Shown here piece by piece: positions 12,873-26,031 of a stretch of DNA of 64,000 bases. The stretch spans positions 806,001 to 870,000 of the forward strand of contig CBFFRP010000297.1 in NCBI GenBank assembly GCA_965644295.1. Reading direction: 5' to 3'. The number at the start of each line of letters is the position of its first letter. Position 1 is the stretch's first letter. This DNA comes from Paraphysomonas bandaiensis. Its lineage: Eukaryota; Protista; Chrysophyceae. Position numbers and translations under genes: made by a program. The notes under the pieces were generated by a model, which worked only from the letters and a program-made list of their open reading frames with translations, made no database searches and was not told the DNA's origin.

Positions 12873-14282
12873 CAGAGCCAGTCAAAAATATATTGGATTG
12901 CAGTTTATTGCAATTATTTATTTTTGCTTGCTACAATATATTATTCTAGCAAAATTTGGCTTCGCAATATATTGCAATATATTGATATATATTGCTGATG
13001 CTAGTGTGTCTTAGAAAATACTTGATTTATCATAAACGACATAACCATAATCACATAACTCATCTACTATTATAACATCGAACAATTATGATAGTATATA
13101 CCTGCAACGAAGAACGCTATTCACGTTCAATATTAGAATTCGTACTGCCTGCCTCTGTCAAGCTATTCACCAGATAGTAAACTCCAAACTGCTTAAATTG
13201 ATGCTGTCATCCTCATACAAATATGCTTTTCAAATAGAATGCTAGTCTAAAAAGTCAATAAGCAAGTGCCAGTAAACTGATCGCCTTATCCGCCCTAACT
13301 ATTACACTAAACTATCACTGTACAGTATACGGTCCAAACTATTCGACCATCATCTCTTTATTTATTACGTACAATATGCATGTGAACAGGCGAAGAAACC
13401 GTTTGCTATTATTACTTTAACAGTATAGTTCAGCGGGTTGATTCTCCATCTCTGCTCATGATGAGTTTTGATGGATTCATTCCTCTGATTTCATTGTTTC
13501 ATTTTGTAAACATGGGAATTTTACGAAGTTTTTGGAAAAACTGAGTTTTTTTACAGTATTCATGTAGAAGTGTTTCAGAAGCTATTATGTTTGTGTACGA
13601 TCGTTGTGTTATTATTAAGTAAAGAGGCAACGAAAAATATCAGTGTGGTGTGGCACATACAGAGCATGTTTCAACGAAGCAAATCATAGAATCTTTTTCC
13701 CTGTCACAGATTCCTACCTCTCAATAGATGCTGATACTGTTCAAAGCCCTACCTTCGATAAGGCCATTGTGAAGATTCAGTATAGATACGAGGGAGAGCA
13801 GCAGTGTGAGATTTCGAATGAAAGCAGAAGAAGCTGAATCACTGGATAGGGCCGTCGAAGTGGCAAAGGTAAGAAATGCTGCTGCTGCTTCTTTTGAAAG
13901 CCACAGAGCTACCAAGAAGTTACGACTATAGCTTGACACCCAGTACTGATCGACAACAAGCACATATTCAGTACAGCTAATGCTGCAGAGGGTTTGTTCA
14001 GCAGAGCCAAGATGATCATGACACACTTGCTACAAGGAATAATCCTACAACCCCACGAACTACTGCTGCTCCTTCGTTTCAACAAGCACTTGTGGACCGC
14101 AAAGAACAGTGCAACCGATCATCGATGATGGACGGTCTGATTATAAGAATAAAGACGACAGTGACGAAGAGTTGGAACTTATTGGGTTTAATCTCTACGA
14201 ACTAGATACAACTGATCGATCTCATTTCTTCTTAGCGCCCAATATATAGCAATATATAGCAATATGTTGTTGACTAGCCCTG
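12873..14282 (+). mobile_element. Decayed, internally deleted hAT DNA transposon
   Basis: Imperfect TIRs: left cagagccagtcaaaaatatattg, right reverse complement cagggctagtcaacaacatattg. Subterminal gcaatatatt repeats. Frameshifted transposase pieces (SYLSIDADTVQSPTFDKAIVKIQ; TANAAEGLFSRAKMIMT...LLLLLRFNKHLW, hAT C-terminal dimerisation-like). Flanks ctacatgt/ctacagtg may be a degenerate 8-bp TSD. Confidence 0.8.
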
Positions 14283-14364
14283 CTACAGTGCAGACATACT
14301 TAACCACAGACAAGAAGGAGGTTTTGAGACTTGGAAAGAAGGAAAAAAACCCCCGAGTTTTATA

Positions 14365-14477
14365 ATTATTTCATTGAAAAGCTATTGTTTTTCTTTGAAA
14401 AGTCACTTTTTTTCACTTCAAGCTAGAAAAAAGATGATTTTTGAATGAAATAAAATTGATATACACAACCACCCCTG
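14365..14477. mobile_element. Partial copy of the MITE-like element at 47521-47685
   Basis: Shares aaaagtcacttttttcactt...gatgattttt...cacaaccacccctg with the 47521 copy. Confidence 0.6.
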
Positions 14478-14816
14478 TATAGACTGTCGTACAAAAAGGT
14501 AATGGCTGTATTCTATCCGTATACGATCTGTAGCATCCGTTAACATGTGGACCAAGTACCGTATTTATTCTTCAACAAAATGAGATCCGTATTATTCCAC
14601 TGTATTTCCACTGTATTTCACAATCATTACAATCTCTGAAAAATCATAGAAGACCTTCAAGACTTTCTCAAACTTTCTCACTTCTTACACTTAGGATCTA
14701 CGTATATCTTTAAAACACACCAATCAAATCATCTCAAATAATCTTTAAAGTTCACTTCATTTCTTTGTATACATATAAGCATATATAAGCAGATCACATC
14801 GTATGATTGTATAGTT

Positions 14817-16513
14817 ATGTCACATATATGCATGATATGTTTAGATGATCTCACTGTGTCATCTATTGATAGTAATGTTGAATCTCCTCTACTGACAGAT
14901 ACATGGAGTTCATGTCAGCATAAGGAACCTTCTTTCATCTGTCATACATGTACAGTAAAGTATCTAACGGTACATACATACATATACATACATATACTCA
15001 CTAACTCTCCTATAGATCACGATTACAGAATCAAACCTTAATAAAGACGGGAAAATCTCATGCCCTTGTCCTCATACATGCGGTGCTACATTCACAGATG
15101 ATGAGATTAAGAGTAGAGTGGAGAAGACTGTGTATGATAAGTATGTCTTGTTCTCTAAGAGGCGACAAGTTGAGAGTGATCCGAATCGGTTTTTTTGTCC
15201 GAATTCATATTGTGGAGAGACAACTGGAGGCACTGTTATCACAAAAACTAAACAAAATTTCTTTATGAAATTGAAATGTCCTGATTGTCATACATCCATA
15301 TGTGTTAAGTGTGGAGCTTCACATAGTTTTTTATTGGGGTGTGAATCAGCTATGGACAGTGCCTTTGAGACTTGGCGTAATCGGACCCGGAACGGATGCA
15401 AACGATGTCCAAACTGCAAGTTTCACATAGAAAAAAGTATGGGGTGTGACCACATGACTTGCTCTAGGTGCCGACATGAGGTAAAGTATATTAGCTTTGG
15501 TTATATTAGCTGATATATTCTTCCATACAACTAGTTTTGTTGGAAATGCATGGCCGCATTTGTTTCTGGGTCATGTGGTCGCCGGAATTCATTAATTCCA
15601 TGTAGAGCTGTGGCGCTATGGAACGGACCTGTTTGGGGTGCTTCTCCAGTTCAGCGAGTAGCACTAAAATCTCTTGCATGTGTTGTTGCGGCTCCTGCAT
15701 GCGGTTTGGTTGCAGGTGTGGGGGCTGCCGCAGCAGGGTGTGCAATCGCGACTGGTGCAGTTACGATTCCCGTCGCATCTCTTTTGGCCGGTGCAAGAAT
15801 TATTCAGCAAGGAGTGTATAATATGTCTCGTTGTGAGTGCCCTGTTATTGTTCATATTCCATGGACTCGACGTGCTCCATGGTGTATCCCAAGTGGCGAC
15901 GGAAACGGCGAGAGTGAGGCTGCGACATATTTGCAGTATGAAGGGCGGTACCATCCGTGTGGTGTGTTTGTCACACGGACAGTGCTGACAAGTAGTACAC
16001 AACAAAGTCTAAAACGTTGGCTAATAGATGGGCCAGCGAGGTGGAATAATAGTATTTCTGTTGTGATATACTTTGTGCCAAATGGAACTTCTTCTGTGAC
16101 ACTCAGAAGAATGATTCCAGAATATGAGGATTTTCCTACAGTAAGTATAGAGTTCTGTTACATATTGTTATTGATAACAACTGCTAATTCAGACCGCGTC
16201 TCCTGGGATTACATATTCCTATTCCACAGGCGGAACAGCTGAAGTTGCTCAGAGAAGGCTAGAGTTTCGAATAGTGCAAACTCTCAATAACTTTTCCAGT
16301 TCTGGAAAACGAATACCTAACTGTGAATTGCGTGGTCTTATTGATGATCCTATGGATTATGGCCTACCTGAGCCAGAAAGTGAACAAATTAATGCAAGCG
16401 CTTTCGATATTGATATTAAAAGGTGCGAATATTGTGCCATGCCAAAGTACTTCACCAATATGAAGTTATATAACTCGCATATGTTGAGCGAACACGAGTT
16501 CTCGTCATCCTAG
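14817..16513 (+). CDS. RBR (RING1-IBR-RING2) E3 ubiquitin ligase with hydrophobic hairpin (RNF19/RNF144-like layout) and C-terminal C2H2-like finger
   Basis: Introns 14970-15015, 15481-15534, 16141-16192 keep the frame. CMIC...CQH...CHTC...CPC (RING1); FCPNSYC...CPDC...CVKCGASH (IBR); CPNCKFHIEKSMGCDHMTCSRCRHE|FCWKC (RING2 with catalytic Cys). Confidence 0.9.
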
Positions 16514-16869
16514 CTCAAGACTTTGGATGATATATATAATCTTGGCAGTTTGAAATCAGAAGTTAATAGTAGTATGGTTATCATAAAGTACTGCCCCTCA
16601 AAATTGTAGTAGTATATTCAGTTTAATAAAAACTTGGTATTCAACAGATCAATAAAACCTTTAAGATATGCATGTAATATAGGCATAAATTCAATAGATT
16701 TATGACACACACACTATCATAACATTTGCTTTGATTTCATTGATGTTTGGTGTGTTTTTGTGGTCTGTGGCTATGTCATAACTAGCTCATACTTTACTCA
16801 AATAGCAAAATTAAAATACATTACAGTACAATACTATACCACGTCATTTATAAAATCTATATATGCTTC

Positions 16870-19598
16870 CTAGGTATACGTCCCAAAATATATCGGATAC
16901 ACTATATTTTCTTTGCTTTGCACAAACTTTTCAACTCGTAGTACAGCTTTTAGTGTCTCTTTTTCTTCCACATGTGTGTTGGTTCCAAGTACGTCGTAAC
17001 AATCAGCGGACTGAACATAAAGAGCATCTTGAAGTTCGAACGAATCGGCGCACTGCTGATCATATATCACCGCCAATATTTTTACACTACACGGAGGAAG
17101 TGACGAAAAATATAACTTGCATTGGGACTTCTCAACTCTCCGCGTAATATCATGAATTATAGTTGACGTCATCATTCCGTCACTAGAATACATATAAGGA
17201 GTTATAACCTTTAACCTCGAGTTGACAGTCAAATTCAAAGACAAAACTGATATACATTCACCAAAGTGTGATGCACATTCACCGGTCCAATTAGCCACCG
17301 AGCTATCACTGTCTCCACTTAAACTGCATGCATATAGTACATTAATTCCATTTCCTCGCATAGCATAAACAACTGCAGTATCAGAGGCACATATCGGTGA
17401 CACCGCTACCCCATGAGGATTCGCGCCCATGCTCACACTCCGCAATAGTGATACCAGTTGAACCTCAGCGGAATTGATATCTACACCGCAAATACTTGAA
17501 CGAGAGCATTTTCTCTCAGTGTTAGGGTGTTTCGTCAATGTTATGGCGCGATTAGAGTAAGTATGCAAGTAATAAGATTGATCTTGAATTACTGACGGAT
17601 TAAGTCGCACCACAGTAACTATGTATTCTCCTGCATCTAAGTGCATCTCCAACGGGAACGAGTTCCTAGTTGGGAAGGTAAACACGGCAGCTATACAGTC
17701 GTATGCACCGGAAGGAGTCATTCGGTGTATGAGTAGTGAAAGGTCGCTATACCAATAGCTTTTCGCAGTGCTGTCACCCGCGAATCCCCCACGTTTCGAC
17801 GCCTGTACGAGGCTAATATACAAATGTACGGGCTCTAAGGCAGGTGGAATAAGCAATCGAAACCAAGACACTGCAGAGATTCCGCGAGTAGATCGACTTA
17901 TATCATCCCTCACACACACCACGCGCCAGTCCCCTGTTGAGTATGCCTTGCACACATCCACTGTCGCGTACCTCCTCAGAAAGTCGTGATACGTAATCCA
18001 GAATGTGCCATCATTAGATGTCTGATTCTGTGGACACAACATCGCTCTTAAACGACTAGTCCACAGGGTCGAATGCGACGAAAACGTGCCCTTCCATTCT
18101 ACCTTTCCCCAGGGGTTACGAATTCGAAGCAGTCGAAGAACACCAGAGTTTAATACCTCTTCTCTACACTCTTCTTCAGCAGACTTTGACATTTTATTTA
18201 CAGATCGACCACCTGAATTCTCTGTAGACTGGCTCTGAAAATAGCTGCGTATCGATACTTGCTCACCAACGCTAACTCCGACGATCTCTCTTACGTCGAG
18301 AATGGAATATGCGTGATTTCCAACTATACCTTCTCCGGAGAAGTCTGTCGAACACCCCATCGGAAAACCAGCCGAGCGGTATTGCATTAGGGTTTGCCAC
18401 GTCTTTTCAGAGTCGAATCCAGGGCTAGCTAAGTGGATGGCTTCACAAGGACATCCTGTTATTTCAGAACGCATTAGATCAGCGCAAGGCAAGATATAAT
18501 AGTGCATGCATCTGCATCACGTTTTCTATAGACTCAGAAAGTGATTACCTGTGAGGTCAAATAGTGCTTCCGTTATGAAGCCACCACTAATAGCCTTATA
18601 ACAGTTATGAGCCTTGGCGTATGCCTTCTCCAGCAAAGGTACCCACAGCTGCGATTGCTTGGATCGCGAATATACAAGTCTCTGTACAGCTCCTCGCTTT
18701 CGCTTTCCTCTTGACTGGATATCAGAATGACAAGGCAAGAAACAATCAACAGAGATGGTTTTCCAAGCGCCCGCTAGGAAAAAACAAAATCGTTGTAAGC
18801 CTGATGGTGTAAGAGCTTTATCAACCACAACACGGCTTAGTAAATCATTGCGTTCACAGAGGACAACAACAGCACTCAGAAACCAACAATCACCAACACC
18901 TCCTTGTATAATATCATCTACATATAGACAAGTTAAGAAATATTATATGAGGAGATTGACTATGTATATCAACCTGCTTTAAACCCATTCGATCCTACTA
19001 ATTTCCATCCTTGTGTAAGAGTAAACGGTTCCCACTGTATACACTCTGATCTCATCTGTTGTGGTCTCTGATCTGCCCATGAAAATGATGAACATCCTTT
19101 TATTGGACATGTATAATAGTAGCGTCCTTGATTAGCTCCTGCTTTATATACTTGACGTCGTATCATGGGCTTATGACACAAGCATTGAGGTATCTCATGG
19201 GAGGAGCATACAGGATGGCCATCAATACTTGTATGATCACATGGAAATGTAGGATCTTTCTTAATCTCATCATTATGATGATAGATAAGTGTATGTATAC
19301 TTAAAGTAGATTGTTTTCTATTCATATGATGAGATTGTGTATGTGTATGTATAGGTGTATGTGTATGTGTATTATCACTATGAGACGGTGATGGTGTATG
19401 TGTACGTGTGTTATCACTATGAGATGGTGTATGTGTATGTGTACGTGTGTTATCACTATGAGATGGTGTATGTGTATATGTATATGATTGTATTGATGGT
19501 GTATTCCTAATCTCATTTTTGATATGAAGTGGAAGTTGTGACCATGTATCAGCATCAATACCATACGGAGGGGTGTCACTTGAAGTCAACGTATTCAT
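16870..19598 (-). CDS. Atypical calpain (CysPc plus C2-like region) with N-terminal UBM-like motif and zf-GRF, internal NLS and PIP box
   Basis: Introns 18973-18918 and about 18548-18456. Catalytic triad motifs DIIQGGVGDCWFLS, GNHAYSIL, IRNPWG, plus LLEKAYAK and GTFWI. zf-GRF CLCH...GANQGRYYYTCP..GCSSFSWAD; GIDADTWSQLPLHIKNEI; RGKRKR; QVSIRSYF. Confidence 0.9.
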
Positions 19599-20354
19599 AG
19601 TTGAATTATTCAATGACGGGTTTTATACGTATATGAATATGTATGTATGAATATGTATGTGGGTATATGTATGTGTACGTATGTTAGTATGTATGTATTG
19701 GGAAGATGTTATATATTCATATGTATAAATACATGTATAAATGAGATAAAACTGTTCATTAAACTTATGTACGGGGTCCCTAACAGAATGATAAGAGGAA
19801 AGTATCTGCTCAGTGTGCCAATATCACCACAGACGTAATGTGGTTAGAATCTATGCATTCTAACTAGTTGTATATGCTACTTGACCATCGGTGCACTGTA
19901 CATTACGACCGTAGTATGTATATTTCGTACAGCAGTACAGTGTATCGTAGACACAATATCGGTGTTTTTATCTCCAAAAATGACAAAATTAATTTTTATC
20001 ATACAAAACTCTACTTTTTGCTTCCACTGTCCAATCATATTCCTCTTTTATTTCATAGTAATTAATCTATTGGATAATCATCATACTTCAAAATTATGAT
20101 CGTCAGTGAATGAAGTATACAGATATAGTCGTAGACGTATGTAGATGTAGCTAGATATATACGTACTTCCTGCTCTGACGTATCGCTCAGTCCATATATG
20201 AGTGTAGTGTATACATATATATATATATGAGTGTCGTTATATATACACAACTAACACACTCCACTCCACTCCACTATAACACAACAACACCCTTCAATGT
20301 CATTCTTCTTCTTATCTATCCACTTACATCTCCATAGATAACAAATACATACAC

Positions 20355-21482
20355 ATGTGGGGTAATTCTACAGGTAGAATCTCATCATCAGATATTGATT
20401 ATGATAAACTTAAACGTATGAATACAAACACATCAATAATAGATGAGGATATCTTTGAATCCATTGAATCATGTAAGAGAACATCAACCTCACGATATGG
20501 TAATAGAAGTACGTCAACTCCCTCAATGAAAATTAAGAAGACTAGTCATAGTAATGCATCTACTGTATCTAGTTATCATAAGAATGAACAGTATAAGAAA
20601 TATGGTCGTGTACTTGCAGATGAAGGATCTGTTAGTACATCTTCAGTAGCATCTACTTATTCAATGTCGAAATATCGTCCATACACGGCTACATCATCAG
20701 CTGCCCGAAAGCAAATTCTTTCCGCTGAGTTTCGATCTATTAAAAGTGGCATTGAGAACTCGTATAGCAAGTATCGTACGGGGAATGCTAAAGAAGACTT
20801 TGGTTCCAGGTATACATACTGGGGGCGATGGTTTAGGAAACACAACAGCAAAGTTACTGTGCGGATTACGAAGCGTGAGTTCGAAAAACTCTGGTTGTGG
20901 TTCACCTCCAGACTTGAAGAACACAGGAGAGATGACGGCGTGAAAATAGATAAAGTTGTTGATGATTTCATATATCACGGCGTATTTACGAATCGATTTG
21001 ATGCTGTTTCTTTGCTCCGCCGTATTGACACAGATCATAGTGGAACGATATCGTTCCAGGAGTTCATGGAAGGAGTAAATAGTGGCGATATGCAGCAAAT
21101 TATTCAGCTGAGACACTTTATGAGTACATTAGCATCTACCAGAAATCGCCCGCTACCACGTTGCAAAAATCTACCAAATGAAGACAACCCAACTGTCAAG
21201 CTTACTGGTGGGGTGACTGTCTCTAGCAGCATTGTTTCTCCTAAGCATGCGAAAACCACACCCAAAGTCACTCCGCGTATTACTCCTAGAACCACACCTC
21301 CTGTAAGTCGCATGAGCAGTGAAGAAGGGAAGATCAGTAGATCTCCCAGTGGCGAGGAGGGTGTCCTGGAAACGCATCCATTCACAAGAACTAAATCCCG
21401 TGGACCATCTAGGTCCCCTCCAAGGACTCCACCTAAACCTGTATTGGGTAAGCATGCGCCTGTCGCTCCCAGTACAGCCTAG
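20355..21482 (+). CDS. EF-hand protein with Ser/Thr/Pro-rich disordered termini
   Basis: 375-aa intronless ORF; canonical EF loop DTDHSGTISFQE, preceded by a degenerate one (DDGVKIDKVVDDF). Confidence 0.8.
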   Translation: MWGNSTGRISSSDIDYDKLKRMNTNTSIIDEDIFESIESCKRTSTSRYGNRSTSTPSMKIKKTSHSNASTVSSYHKNEQYKKYGRVLADEGSVSTSSVASTYSMSKYRPYTATSSAARKQILSAEFRSIKSGIENSYSKYRTGNAKEDFGSRYTYWGRWFRKHNSKVTVRITKREFEKLWLWFTSRLEEHRRDDGVKIDKVVDDFIYHGVFTNRFDAVSLLRRIDTDHSGTISFQEFMEGVNSGDMQQIIQLRHFMSTLASTRNRPLPRCKNLPNEDNPTVKLTGGVTVSSSIVSPKHAKTTPKVTPRITPRTTPPVSRMSSEEGKISRSPSGEEGVLETHPFTRTKSRGPSRSPPRTPPKPVLGKHAPVAPSTA

Positions 21483-22881
21483 ACTTCCCATAGGACGAGT
21501 ATTCCTCTGTTTTCGTCATCGTGTACTGGCGCACTGTTTATAGCATTGTGTATATCCTTGTTACCAAAATATGCGTTTTCCTGTTTTTTGATGTTATCTC
21601 CCTATTTACTATCTCATTGGGCCTTTTTGATGAGTGGTAGAAAGTAGACGGCTACCAGTAATTTGTAACTTCCAATGTAATAGTTCTGGTGTGTGGGATG
21701 ATTTATTGTATAGCGATGTTTTTATCATGCTTCACGTCATAGTGAGTATTGGTAGATTAGATATGATGAATAAAAACGTCTGTATGTTCTAATATATAAA
21801 TAACCCACACAAGTGTTTCTTGTTTTTTGTCTAGAGTAATGGCGGTTAATGTAATTTATGCTGTAAAATTCTGAGTTTCGCTTGCACACATATAACTAAC
21901 AGGATAAATGAAACTCTGGAAGTAAGTAACTGAACATGAAATACAGCTTAATCTCAGTTAAATTTGTGATATGTATTTATACCTATTTTCTCAGTACGTG
22001 AATAGGGTTTACTGTTTTCCAGAACATCGGGAAATTATAAGCATTCGGATTGGAAAAAAGCTGGATTGGGAAAAGACAAGGACTATGAAATATGCATTGA
22101 CACATTGACAGTCATTTTATAGTTTACGACTTTATCATTATATTACATTATCCCCATTTTGTCTCAAAAAATGCTTTTTTTTGACCTGATTTTGACTCAA
22201 CAGGGCGCTCATATCAGCACCGGGCAAATATAGACATTCAACTTCAATATTCGGTTCAACAGAAGCTCACTTCTATCTTCGCTCATTATGATAATGACAG
22301 TCGAATGTACGTGATTTCATTATAGTACACAATTATAGAGAAACCACAATCATGAGCCAAATATCAAGAGCAGATCATCTAACTCCAAGTTATATTCCAT
22401 CCTTCGACTGCTGTAGAAGATCACAACGATGTCAGTGCAAGTGATCTATCTTCATATCCAGGACTTCGAAACAACTTCAAGAATATTACAGGAGAGTTTA
22501 AGTACCATATCTGATGCTATATAGGTGGTTAGGAGCAGTGGCACCCAGTTCTTTCAGGGTTGGAGCCATATCGTGCTTCTCAGGATATTGTGTGTCTCAT
22601 ATCATACACACATCTTTCGATCAGGAGCACTTGCAGAGGTAAAGCCTGCTGTATATAAATGTGATGATGATGATAGTTAAGGCAATAAGAAGCCTCTCTT
22701 TCACCTTCAACTGTTACATTTATCATCACACAGTATACATATCATTCATTTGAAACTATATGAGTTCTCATTTGTGTTATTAATGTTAATCAAGGAACAT
22801 CTATTTCTTAACACAGCAAGCATGCTACAAATAGCTATACAATCTAATACTAGCTTTTCAACGTCATGAGGATAAGCTACA

Positions 22882-23001
22882 ATTTAACCTAGGGATAAGG
22901 AGTATCGTCCCTTGTCTAAATTTTAAAACTCGGGCTTTTCGCCCTCGTTTCAAAATTTTGAGCGCGGGACGATATAGCCTCCTTATTGCCCGTGGTTAAA
23001 T
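22882..23001. repeat. ~120-nt imperfect palindrome (long hairpin)
   Basis: atttaacc..ataaggag.tatcgtccc...aaattttaaaac.cgggc-ttttc-gccc.cgtttcaaaattt...gggacgata...ctccttat...ggttaaat; the arms pair end to end. Confidence 0.85.
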
Positions 23002-24181
23002 ATAACTATATTGGAAGGAAGGCGCAAGATCATATTATCATAAACACAAATGAAGATTTTGTTCCTTTTCTGACGACAAAGACCAGGATGATACCAATGC
23101 AAGTGATTTATCATTCTTCTAAACCGGAATATTGCTATTGCATTTCAAGAATTCTGCTGGTGATATAATGGCCATGGAAATCTGAAAATGCTGTGCTTAG
23201 TTGTTTAAATAAATCTGAGGAAGTAGGAAGTGGCGTACACGGTTGAAAAGGCCTATACTTTGAAAGAGAACATTTAATAGTAAGGATATTTCACTCGAAC
23301 GTTGACAACATACTACGTAGCACAGTATTCGTTCTCCTCGCATGGCATATATCTGCGCCCGCAGTAACTTACATGAATTTGAATTTGACGACAATATACC
23401 GCAGACCGAGAAGTCACTGCTACTTTCTCCTGACCCAGTGCAGCGATACATATAATGTGTGTAAACACTCAATAAGGAATAACAACAGTGTAAAAGAGTC
23501 AGTATACTCCTATACAAGCTTTGAAAACAACTCGAGCACCTTCAGACTCCTTTCAAGGCTGAGCGTCTTCCCCCTTACTGTGTATAGTATTGTGTTGATG
23601 CACAGTCGTTTTATTGCAACACAGTAACATATTCTCCACACACACATTATGGTTAACATCGTCTGAGGATAACACCAATAGCAGTAGTAGCAGTAGTAGC
23701 AGTAGTATCTTCAACGCTAACACAGTCAGTCATGATGACAGTGTATATCATAATAAGGGTGATGAGTTCATGTATAGAGCATGTGAGGGGCTGCTATGTG
23801 AGAGATGCAGTACTGTGAGCTTCATATATTAGATGAGCTGATACGCCATCAACTATCCTTCACTCACATCCATATTCCACCATAAGACCCACCAGTATCT
23901 TATCTCAATCAGACTGGTCTTATAATTGTGATGTATGTATATATGTATACAGCAGTGTGTGCTGTGTAGATCACTCACGATATATCGCGGTTCCTCTTTC
24001 ATGACTGTGATTGAGGCCAGCCGGCCTAAAAGTTCGGCCCATCGGCCAGGCCGGGCCGGTTTGTCAGGCCAGCCTATTTTATCGATCAAGAATACCACAA
24101 AACCCCCTATTTTTTTACTTTCCCCCACAAGCCCATTCTGTTCTGAAGAGTGCGTATATACTGCTGTAAGCGAGGAATCCA

Positions 24182-24340
24182 TATCGGCATCCTTGTTATA
24201 TTTTTGTTCAAAGATGCCTCAAATATTGAGACAATAATTCTCTGTATTCCAGCCGTAGTTTTACTTCAGTAATATAGACGATATTTGCTTCAATTTATTT
24301 CCGAAAAATATGTTAGTTAGTTATACTGACTGCCAATACG
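24182..24340. mobile_element. MITE-like ~150-bp dispersed repeat, copy 1
   Basis: tatcggcatcc...ttcaaagatgcctc...ttgagacaataatt..ctgtattcc...tttccgaaaaata..tgcc(a/g)atacg; homologous copies at 37287 and 40605; short TIR (g)tatcggca/tgccgatac. Confidence 0.75.
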
Positions 24341-24495
24341 CCGATACGCCGATACGTCTATATATACGATCGTAGTATGTCGTATACACAGCATACATAT
24401 GTATGTATAGGCAGCATAACTAACACAGTCATGTGATAGCACAGTCACCTCATCATCTTATTAACACACACCACAAACATAAGTATCAAACAATA

Positions 24496-26031
24496 ATGTT
24501 GTATCTATTATTCTCTACTCTATTAGCATGTATCTATGCATCAGGAGTTGAGCAGATCGCCCTTAACTATGATCATCTATCTACAGATATTGTGATCACA
24601 TTCGCTGCATATGACACATCAGATACATCTGCAATTGTTTTATATGGAAATGATGCGAATAATTTAACATTATCAGTAGAAGCAAAGGGGTCTACTTATA
24701 CACTTGGTTCATACACATCGCCTATGCTATACAAGGCCACTATTGAGAACTTAGAAGCAGGGAATCATATGTACTACTACTCTGTTGGTTCGGATGATTT
24801 GGGATACTCTGAAGTAATGTCGTTTAAGTCTCATCCTGGTGTTGGAGTTGATGATGTGACATTCTATCTTATTGGCGACCTGGGACAGACATATCACTCA
24901 GAAGATACCTTGGACGAATTATCTCAATGCGAGTCGCTGCTGAAAACACCATCTGGTGGTATTATTTCGATGGGGGATCTGAGCTATGCCAACGGCGATG
25001 AGCCTCTATGGGATTCATTTGGGCGCATGAAACAGAGTACGGCATCTAGAATTCCGATGATGACAACTCTTGGAAATCATGAATGGTTCGATGACCAGCG
25101 TTATGCGTTCACGGCCTATCTCGCCCGCTACGACAACCCCCTCGTAAATGGTGAAAGAGAGCTGTACTACTCCTTTGATTCTGGGCTAGTGCATTGGGTG
25201 ATGGTAGCTGGTTACTGCTCCGAGATGAAGTCTACCCACACTCAGCCGTGTTTGGAAGAAGGCTCTCCGCAAATGGACTGGCTGCAAAAGGATTTGGCGA
25301 GTGTGGATAGAACAATCACTCCCTGGGTATTTGTGACGTTTCATCAGCCATACGTAAACAGCAACACAGCCCATTCAATGAGCTCTGAAGGTGCGTTCAT
25401 ATGCTACTGTCTGTTTTCTACTGCGGTTGTTCGATATATTGAAGTGGCACAGTAGTTGGAATATGTCACAGCGTAATTATGAGGCAACACTGTGCATTAT
25501 ATCCTACAACATGTGCGAATAAATGTGTATACTTACAATTGAAGTGCAGGGTATCCTATGCAGGAAGCCATTGAGGATACTCTGAATGAGTATAAAGTGG
25601 ACGCTGTGTTCTCAGGACACGTTCACGCTTACGAGCGTAGCTACCCGGTATACCAATATGAGCGCAAGGAGGGAGCACCGATATACATCACCATTGGAGA
25701 CGGGGGTAACCACGAGGGGTTGGCCACAGGATGGGTAGAACCACAGCCGGAATGGTCTGCATTTCGCCAGGCGTCGTATGGGTTCGGAGAACTTAGGGTG
25801 ATGAACAGTACTCACGCGTATTGGTCATGGCACCAGAATGGTGACCTTGTTCCTGAAGTTGCAGACGAGGTTTACTTTGTTAAAAACACTGAAACTGGCT
25901 ACCAAGGTCTAAAAGCCGTGGGTTCTGAGAGCTTTACTGGAACTCCAGTATTTGCACAGAGCAGTAGGGGTGAAAAAGCAAAAGCTTCAAATGATGCTGC
26001 TAAGCTTGCATCCTCTCGAACTGGGGTTTAA
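24496..26031 (+). CDS. Secreted purple acid phosphatase (metallophosphoesterase)
   Basis: Signal peptide MLYLLFSTLLACIYA; FN3-like N-domain; metal motifs GDLG, GDLSYA, GNHE, VTFH, GHVHAYER; intron 25391-25549. Confidence 0.93.

Noticed and set aside
19322-19490. His/Ile-rich ORF and THTPSHSDN repeats as a metal-binding domain
   Set aside because: A low-complexity CA/TA-rich minisatellite in the calpain linker; the alternative-frame ORF is a by-product.
23300-23370. HSIR peptide near the hairpin as a tyrosine-recombinase remnant
   Set aside because: A four-residue match in a stop-interrupted frame, with no other catalytic motifs in register.
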